The notes below the pieces were generated by a model. The model did not search any database. It was not told where the DNA came from and saw nothing but the letters and a program-made list of their open reading frames with translations. The position numbers and the translations under genes were made by a program. Below, piece by piece: positions 57,781 to 64,000 of a stretch of 64,000 nucleotides of DNA. Position 1 is the stretch's first letter. Each line of letters begins with the position of its first letter. Source of the stretch: an uncultured Methanosarcinales archaeon. Its GTDB lineage: Archaea; Nanobdellota; Nanobdellia; Woesearchaeales; GW2011-AR4. Location: positions 3,554-67,553 of the forward strand of contig CAYVTQ010000001.1 in NCBI GenBank assembly GCA_964454865.1, given 5' to 3'.

Positions 57781-60132
57781 CTAACCAAACATACCAAACA
57801 GCCCCCTGGCCTTCTTTTCCTTTGATTGGATCATGCTGTCAAGATCTTCCTGCTGCTTCTTCAGGCTTTCAACCTGCTCTTTAAGAACTGCTTTCGCCAC
57901 GTCACTGGGCACTTCATCGATGAGATTTTCCAGCGTCTCAATAGAACTATTCAGTTTTGTCTTGCTTTCTTCCAATTGCCTGATTTCTTCCTGCTCTGCC
58001 TTTTTTGCCAGACCGAAGAAAAGTTTGAACTTGTAGCCAAACCCTTTTTCTTCGTCTTTCTTCTCTATTTCCTCCAATTTGTCAGAAACGTCAAGGACAT
58101 CACTTGCTTTATCCTCAATTATGTACAAGTACTCCTTAGGCACGTCAGAGTCTCTCAATGAAACAAGCTTGCTCGCAGCCTCTCCAGCCTTGCTTCCTGC
58201 CACAATGCCCTCTTTTACTTCTTTCGATTTTTCAGAGCTTGTTGCAGCGCTTATCTTTGCATTCGCAACAAATGGAAGCAGCTTTATATCACCGAAGCTT
58301 TTTGGATTTATATGTCCTTTGTAAACAGTAGTCTCCTGCAGTTTAAGCTCCTCCTTTAGGCCATCCACAAAAAGCCCGAGCTTTTCCATGTCGCTTTCTG
58401 TCGCAGTATTAAGGACTGCAAGGACGATTCCAGCCTTTTCCGCCTTCTGTATGTCTTCCTCATCTTCAATTATATCTGAGAATTTGCATCGTTTCTTCGT
58501 TTCCTCGATGATGAACTTTCTTATGCTCTCTTCTGTAAGAGTCTCCCTGCATCTTGCTGAAATCTCTTTCATGTTCTCGCATCTCTTTGCGCTCTGCTCA
58601 TGGCACCTTTTTCTTTCCTCATCAATCCTTGAGCACCTGTCTTCAGCAGCCTTTATTTGTGATACTGTGTGAATATTGCAGCTTTCTTCAACTCTCTTCA
58701 GATTATCCTCAAAACCTTTTTTGCTTCCCTCAACGCACTGGTTTGCCATATTGCCCCTGTCGCAAGATTTTTGGATATTTTCGCATGTATGCATCTGCTT
58801 GTCCCACGACTTCTGGCAGCGCTTCAGCATTTCTTCATAAACTCCAGCAACATTGCCGGTAATTGGGCTTCCTCCGCTGCCTCCTGATGATGTTGATGAC
58901 GGGATGCATTCATACGCCGTTACGCATTTCCGTTCATCATACTTCGCTGACATGCTGCTGCCTTCATGGCACGATGGCTTGGAGATTTCAGGGCATTCTG
59001 CGGGCTTGCAGTAGTAGTATTCGCATCCTTTGTCATCATTTTTTCTTTCCAAATTTCCGTCGCAGCTTGGCATTTCAGTTTTTGGGCACGTCACTTCAGC
59101 TGATTGGCAATTATAATATGTGCAGCCGTTGGAATCGCTTTTTTTCTGTAAACTTTCTTCGTTCCCGCATTCAGGAACTGGGTAGGCAGGGCATAATTTT
59201 TTCTCTTCAGTTTCATCTTCCCTTTCTTCTTCCTTCCTGACGCCTGCCATGCACTGGCTTATGAACTTCTCCTTGTCGCACATCATATTCTGCTTGGCTT
59301 TCTCGCATTCCTTCATGGAGCTTTCATCACCTAGCCTTTTCTCGCACCATTCCTGGTTTTTCTTCATCTGCTGCTCCATGCTTGCCATGCTCGTCTTTTT
59401 GCAGGACTCAATAATTACATCCTTGTTTACAGGGCATGAATAAGCCTGCATCCGCATTCTTTCAACTTCAGAAGCTTCTTTCATAACCTCCGGCTGGCCC
59501 AATCTGGAGCAGAAATTGCTGGATTCCTCTTCGCAGGTTTTTTCAGCCTGCTCTGCCTTGCTGCAGATACTCTGGAAGTCTCCTGCCTTTTCCTTTAATT
59601 TTGAAACGACAATATCTGCCATCTTTTCAGGCTCGCCGCAGTATTGTTTTATCTCTCTTGGATCAATCTCATCCCCTATATGCTCAAAAATCATTCCAAA
59701 AACCATATGCTCCTTTGAATACCCTTCATATGACGGGCCTCCATAATATCTCTGCCCAATCCCTTTATTCTCATAGGAAAATGACTCTTTTCTTTCCATC
59801 CTTTCGTTAAAATTTCCCATTTTATTCCTGAATTCTTCTTCTGAGAAGTCGTTGCCAAATTTGGCTCGGGCCATATTGATCATTTCTTCTTCATTAAATC
59901 CCTCTTCTCTGAATCTCTTCATCATGGCTTCTTCGCTTGAGCCCCTATTTGGATAAACAACCGCGCCACCTTCATAATAATACTCAGAGCCTTCTCCGGA
60001 TTTGTCTATTGGTTTGCCCTCGTAGTAGCTTGGATTAGAATATTGTTCGGAAGAGTATTGGGCGAATGCAATGTTGCCAAGGATTACTACAAAAATTCCT
60101 GCCAAAGAAAATAATTTTTTGTTTTTCACCAT
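57781..60132 (-). CDS. Large secreted acidic Cys-rich repeat protein with C-terminal coiled coil
   Basis: Sec signal peptide (KKLFSLAGIFVVILGNIAFA), three CxYYxC...EC-P units, EK-rich coiled-coil tail, 783 aa. Confidence 0.6.
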   Translation of the reverse strand: MVKNKKLFSLAGIFVVILGNIAFAQYSSEQYSNPSYYEGKPIDKSGEGSEYYYEGGAVVYPNRGSSEEAMMKRFREEGFNEEEMINMARAKFGNDFSEEEFRNKMGNFNERMERKESFSYENKGIGQRYYGGPSYEGYSKEHMVFGMIFEHIGDEIDPREIKQYCGEPEKMADIVVSKLKEKAGDFQSICSKAEQAEKTCEEESSNFCSRLGQPEVMKEASEVERMRMQAYSCPVNKDVIIESCKKTSMASMEQQMKKNQEWCEKRLGDESSMKECEKAKQNMMCDKEKFISQCMAGVRKEEEREDETEEKKLCPAYPVPECGNEESLQKKSDSNGCTYYNCQSAEVTCPKTEMPSCDGNLERKNDDKGCEYYYCKPAECPEISKPSCHEGSSMSAKYDERKCVTAYECIPSSTSSGGSGGSPITGNVAGVYEEMLKRCQKSWDKQMHTCENIQKSCDRGNMANQCVEGSKKGFEDNLKRVEESCNIHTVSQIKAAEDRCSRIDEERKRCHEQSAKRCENMKEISARCRETLTEESIRKFIIEETKKRCKFSDIIEDEEDIQKAEKAGIVLAVLNTATESDMEKLGLFVDGLKEELKLQETTVYKGHINPKSFGDIKLLPFVANAKISAATSSEKSKEVKEGIVAGSKAGEAASKLVSLRDSDVPKEYLYIIEDKASDVLDVSDKLEEIEKKDEEKGFGYKFKLFFGLAKKAEQEEIRQLEESKTKLNSSIETLENLIDEVPSDVAKAVLKEQVESLKKQQEDLDSMIQSKEKKARGLFGMFG

Positions 60133-60237
60133 CCTTCTGGGATTCTAGGCAGGTATTTATTTAAATTTAACTATTGTCAAATTTAAGTTTCTATAATTCT
60201 GGTAATTATGGTAAATTTAATCTGCAGAAAAAAATAA

Positions 60238-60367
60238 CGGGCCAGGGAAGATTCGAACTCCCGACCTATAGCTTAGAAGGCTTTAGCGGTAATCTATACT
60301 ATCGCTCTCTTTGACCAAGTCAAAGCCCTCAAAGAGCTTTGAGGTATCCAAGCTGAGCTACTGGCCC
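60238..60367 (-). tRNA. tRNA, probably Arg (anticodon UCU), carrying two non-canonical introns (D-loop and 31/32)
   Basis: Acceptor stem GGGCCAG/CTGGCCC, T-arm GGGAG-TTCGAAT-CTTCC, D-stem GCTC...GAGC interrupted by a 38-nt two-hairpin insert, anticodon stem ATAGT/GCTAT with loop CTTCTAA after an 18-nt insert; no encoded CCA. Confidence 0.6.
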
Positions 60368-60419
60368 AATAGGGATTAGAGCTACTTTCTTTTATTTATA
60401 AATATTTGTTGATAACTCT

Positions 60420-60587
60420 TTACATCATCATCAAATCATTGTAGTTAGAAGTCCACATCGTGCAGTGTTTCTTGCCTTCCCAGTAATAATAGCACTGCCT
60501 GCCGAATTTCTCCCATCTTACGCAGCCCTGGCAGCATAAAGGCACATTGCTTTTCTCAGCTTTATGCTCTGTCGCTTGCTCTTCCAT
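60420..60587 (-). CDS. Possible small Cys-rich protein (55 aa)
   Basis: MEEQATEHKAEKSNVPLCCQGCVRWEKFGRQCYYYWEGKKHCTMW...; below the size cutoff of the ORF track; between tRNA and top6A. Confidence 0.25.
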   Translation of the reverse strand: MEEQATEHKAEKSNVPLCCQGCVRWEKFGRQCYYYWEGKKHCTMWTSNYNDLMMM

Positions 60588-60596
60588 TTTGTCCTG

Positions 60597-61712
60597 CTAA
60601 TCCAAAAAGTCCTGCTTCTTGATTTTCTCAGGCAGGTACTTCTCCGATATAAATGTTATTCCCTTGGATGACAATGCCTGTATTTCAAGCTTTGCGCCAA
60701 AATCCTTCATCATCTTGAATTGCCTTTGCCACCCCTTGTTCTTCTCAAACCACTCGTACTCCGCAAGCTGCTTGAGCCTTGTCAGGTCGACATCCTTGAA
60801 CTTGATAAAATGTTTTTTCAGGTCATAGTTGTTTGCGTCATCCGCAGTTATGCCCAGGAACCTGGCATTCTGCAAGGTCATTGTGCCGGACATATGCGCC
60901 AGATTGATCGAGCCGAACTTCAGGACAGAATAGATATAGAACCCCCACGGATCAAAGTCTGCCAGAACATAGATCGGCAGATTGTGCTCGTCATTCAGCC
61001 TCTGCAACAGCCTTCTTATCCCTCTTGTCGTCTGCCCCTGCGATGTCACAATAAGGCAGTTCTGCTTCTCCCAGAATTTGTCCTCGTGCAGCCTCTCCCA
61101 GACAGCCTGCTTCTCCATATAGATGACATATTTTGCCTTTACGCTTTTAAACTCAATTTCCTCTACATTGGAGGGGATGCTCCACCCGCCGCTTCCCAAT
61201 TTTGCCCAGTTTATGCTGTCTCCGGAGTCTTCAATGACTACATTGCCCGCAACAGAGCCCATCTTATTTGCATTAATGTGTATCTGCTCTCTTGACAGGT
61301 CAGTTATCAGCTCTAGATCTTCAATTGCCTTGTCGCTCTCCACCTGATCATCAACTATGTTTATGTTTGAGCCGTGAATGGTCCTTTTTGCCATGTAGAA
61401 AACATCTCTTAAGCTTGCGTGCTTGTCTGCATCGAGAAGAGTCTTGCTCACCTTGGCTATCTCCAATGTCTGGAGGAACTTTTTAGCGTGCCCTACATTA
61501 AAGAATGACCTCTGCTGCTGCTTATTTCCCAAGCTTAAAGTTTTGCTCTTTGTGTCAAAAACGACGTTTGAAAGGCTTCTAAGGCTGAACTCTATTGTAG
61601 GGTTTTTGCCCTTGCTTATCTGCTGGACAAGCCCCTTTCCGAATTCCTCGAGCTGCTTGTCAGCCTTTTGAGTTTTCTTCTTCATTTTCGCTTCCTTCTT
61701 CCTTGCTGTCAA
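60597..61712 (-). CDS. top6A: DNA topoisomerase VI subunit A (Spo11 family)
   Basis: RDVFY catalytic Tyr motif, Toprim VLADFDPWG. Confidence 0.9.
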   Translation of the reverse strand: MTARKKEAKMKKKTQKADKQLEEFGKGLVQQISKGKNPTIEFSLRSLSNVVFDTKSKTLSLGNKQQQRSFFNVGHAKKFLQTLEIAKVSKTLLDADKHASLRDVFYMAKRTIHGSNINIVDDQVESDKAIEDLELITDLSREQIHINANKMGSVAGNVVIEDSGDSINWAKLGSGGWSIPSNVEEIEFKSVKAKYVIYMEKQAVWERLHEDKFWEKQNCLIVTSQGQTTRGIRRLLQRLNDEHNLPIYVLADFDPWGFYIYSVLKFGSINLAHMSGTMTLQNARFLGITADDANNYDLKKHFIKFKDVDLTRLKQLAEYEWFEKNKGWQRQFKMMKDFGAKLEIQALSSKGITFISEKYLPEKIKKQDFLD

Positions 61713-63306
61713 ATTTCATCCTGTAAAGGTCGTCATCTCCGGTATCCGACTCTATCTCGCTCTTTATTTCAGGTTTTACAAGCATCTTTTTAAGTCCTTC
61801 CAAAACCTTTTCCTTGTCTGCCCCTGCCAAAACAGCCAGCGAATCAGCAACTTCCGGAATATACTTTTCAAACATATTGGCCCTTTCCATCTGGCTGTGG
61901 ATTCTGGTTTTCTTCCTCACATAAGCCCCAAGATGCCTGCCGCACTCCTGCAGCGCAAGCTTGACTTCCTTCATTATCTCTGCATAATGCGCAATCGCTT
62001 CCTTGCTTTCGCTTGTGAAAGGGACCCATACAGAAGACATATGGATGAGGATTACAGCAGGCCCTACAGGAACAGAGTCTCCAGACTGCTGCAGGCCGTA
62101 AGGCTTCCAGTTATTCTCCATGAGGGATTTGGTCATTGAGCAGGCGCCTTCCTGATACAGCAAAGGCACCCTGTTTGCAAATCTCAGGATCACTGCCTTT
62201 TCATCTTTGGGTATTTCGCCGCCATAGGCAACGCCGGCTTCTATAACAAATGGATTGCCCCTGTAAACTGCAGGGGGCCTTGACTTTGCGCAATAAAACT
62301 CAGCCTTTATTTCCTTCCTTAACCCTTTCTCGAGCAATTCTTCCCCTATCGGGCTTAAGCAGTCTGTCGGCGGAGCTATAAGCTTTGTCTTTTGTATTCC
62401 CTGTATGAGCTTTTCCGCCAAATCCCTTGTTATCTGGCTTGGCTTTGTATCGGGCTTTACCCCAGCATTAATGCAGACTTCCTTTGCCGTCTCATTCCCC
62501 ACTCTTGAGAATTCCGAAGTCAGGAAGCTTTGGAGCGTCCTGGATGAAGTTGCAGCAAGCATATTGATGAGCATTCCCAATTCCACCCCGTAAGGATGCG
62601 GCTTTATCGGCTTCGGCTTCCTTGGCATCTGGTCGACTGCTCTTGCATAGATAGTCTGCTCTGCCTTCGGGTTTGTATAGACAATGGTGACATGGGGGTT
62701 TATGACTGCCGTCTGCTTTAGGTACTCATCAACGGACTGCCTGCCCTTCAGGTACTCAGCTTCCAAATCCAGCTCTACTTTTGTGCCATGATCTTTTTTC
62801 CACTCAACAGTCTCCTCCTTGGTGATCTTCGGCTGGTTTTTCTGCGTGTCGATATTAAGCTCGTAATAATTTGCCGGATGCTTCGGAGAAATCTTTGATG
62901 TTATCCTTGCAGGTGTTCCTACAGTAAGCTGGGAGTAAAGGACTGCAGCGCTGATGCCTATCCCCTGCTGCCCGCGCGACTGCTTCATGGTGTGGAACTT
63001 GCTTCCATAAAGAAGCTTTGCAAAGATGTTGGGGATTTGGTTTTTTACTATGCCGGGGCCGTTGTCCTCGATTACAACACGGTACTTAAACTCGCTGAGC
63101 TGTATGATCTCCACCTGTATTTCAGGCAGCATATCCCCTTCCTCGCAGGCATCCAGTGAGTTGTCAACTGCCTCCTTTATAGCCATGAGCAGTGCCTTTC
63201 TTTTGCTGTCGAAACCCAAAAGGTGCCTGTTCTTTGTAAAGAACTCTGCAACAGAAATCTCTTTCTGCCTTCTTGCCAATTCATGCGCTATTGTTTCTTC
63301 CGGCAT
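61660..63306 (-). CDS. top6B: DNA topoisomerase VI subunit B (GHKL ATPase)
   Basis: Bergerat fold EAVDNSLDA and DNGPGI motifs, transducer domain; overlaps top6A start. Confidence 0.9.
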   Translation of the reverse strand: MPEETIAHELARRQKEISVAEFFTKNRHLLGFDSKRKALLMAIKEAVDNSLDACEEGDMLPEIQVEIIQLSEFKYRVVIEDNGPGIVKNQIPNIFAKLLYGSKFHTMKQSRGQQGIGISAAVLYSQLTVGTPARITSKISPKHPANYYELNIDTQKNQPKITKEETVEWKKDHGTKVELDLEAEYLKGRQSVDEYLKQTAVINPHVTIVYTNPKAEQTIYARAVDQMPRKPKPIKPHPYGVELGMLINMLAATSSRTLQSFLTSEFSRVGNETAKEVCINAGVKPDTKPSQITRDLAEKLIQGIQKTKLIAPPTDCLSPIGEELLEKGLRKEIKAEFYCAKSRPPAVYRGNPFVIEAGVAYGGEIPKDEKAVILRFANRVPLLYQEGACSMTKSLMENNWKPYGLQQSGDSVPVGPAVILIHMSSVWVPFTSESKEAIAHYAEIMKEVKLALQECGRHLGAYVRKKTRIHSQMERANMFEKYIPEVADSLAVLAGADKEKVLEGLKKMLVKPEIKSEIESDTGDDDLYRMKFDSKEEGSENEEENSKG

Positions 63307-63345
63307 CTTTTTGTCGTTTTTAAGCCTTCTTTTTATTTTTTTCTT

Positions 63346-63891
63346 TTAGATATCTATGAGCTTCCTTCTTTTCAGCTCCCTTCTCCTCTTTTCCAGCCAT
63401 TTGTATACGCTCGAGTGGGTGGAGCCCCTCAACAGCGCTTCAATGGCATGCCTTGCAGCAGCCACGTTTTCCGGCTGCCCGAGCATGCTTATTGTTTTTC
63501 CAAAAACAGAAATATACGCTTCAGTAAGCTCCTCAATAAGCTTCCTGGATTTGCCTTCCTTGCCTATTACCCTTCCCTTCAGCCTTAGCATAACATCCTT
63601 TGATTTGCCGGAATAATCCTGCATGTATACCATCTCAAAAACATAATCCTGCTTCAAAAGCAGCTGCGCAATCTCAGGGTTGAATCCTCTTCCGATGGCT
63701 TTTATTATCTCTCTTGCAGTATATAGCCCAAGCGCGTCTTTTCCAGATAGAAAGACATCTCCCTCCTTTGAATCAATTTCCAGCTTAGTGCCTGTAGCAG
63801 CCTCTAGCTCCCTCTTAATCACCCCCTCCTTGCCGATTAATACAGCAACCCTTGACTTGGGAATTCTAAGTTCGTATGAGAAGACTTCCAT
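63346..63891 (-). CDS. KH-domain RNA-binding protein, aDim2/PNO1-like
   Basis: Two KH modules with GKEG / GKEGKS GxxG loops; 181 aa. Confidence 0.7.
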   Translation of the reverse strand: MEVFSYELRIPKSRVAVLIGKEGVIKRELEAATGTKLEIDSKEGDVFLSGKDALGLYTAREIIKAIGRGFNPEIAQLLLKQDYVFEMVYMQDYSGKSKDVMLRLKGRVIGKEGKSRKLIEELTEAYISVFGKTISMLGQPENVAAARHAIEALLRGSTHSSVYKWLEKRRRELKRRKLIDI

Positions 63892-64000
63892 ATTCTTTGA
63901 ATAAGGCGTTAATTTTTAAAGGTTTTTAATTGGTGGGGCTCTGTCCAGAATGTAGGTTAGCAGCATTAGGTCAAAGTTCCTTAGATTAATGTCATTAAGC

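Overview
This is an archaeal chromosomal window: it carries topoisomerase VI subunits A and B, an aDim2-like KH protein, Taw1/TYW1, an archaeal CTP-type riboflavin kinase with an archaeal riboflavin synthase, and an AglB/STT3 oligosaccharyltransferase. GC is roughly 40% and genes are densely packed. The left flank (1 to about 8.6 kb) holds miscellaneous and housekeeping genes: a UPF0175-like protein, a SWIM zinc-finger protein, a radical SAM enzyme, dUTPase, taw1, a metallophosphoesterase, and a ChlD-like VWA protein paired with a ChlI/MoxR-like AAA+ ATPase. The right flank (about 52.6 to 64 kb) holds signal peptidase I, a DUF460 protein, ribK-ribC, a SemiSWEET, trmI, a large secreted Cys-rich protein, an intron-containing tRNA, top6A/top6B and an aDim2-like KH protein. 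The centre (about 8.6 to 52.3 kb) is a very large surface-glycan / N-glycosylation island. It contains AglB, a GT39/ArnT-like transferase, GT2 and GT4 glycosyltransferases, a complete GDP-D-glycero-alpha-D-manno-heptose operon (hddC-gmhB-hddA-gmhA) followed directly by a transaldolase, and a second heptose-phosphate module next to a split transketolase and a Zn-ADH. It also contains two paralogous sugar C-methyltransferases, five small class I SAM methyltransferases, tandem DegT aminotransferases, a NodU/CmcH O-carbamoyltransferase, an FkbH-like HAD-IIIC/GNAT fusion, an SGNH hydrolase, an AAC(3)-family acetyltransferase, WecB/WecC-like enzymes and several SDR epimerases/dehydratases. Seven copies of a mosaic MITE-like repeat superfamily occupy intergenic gaps at module junctions; translating these repeats produces several false ORFs. 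No CRISPR array and no rRNA are present. All calls rest on motif recognition by eye; no database search was run.
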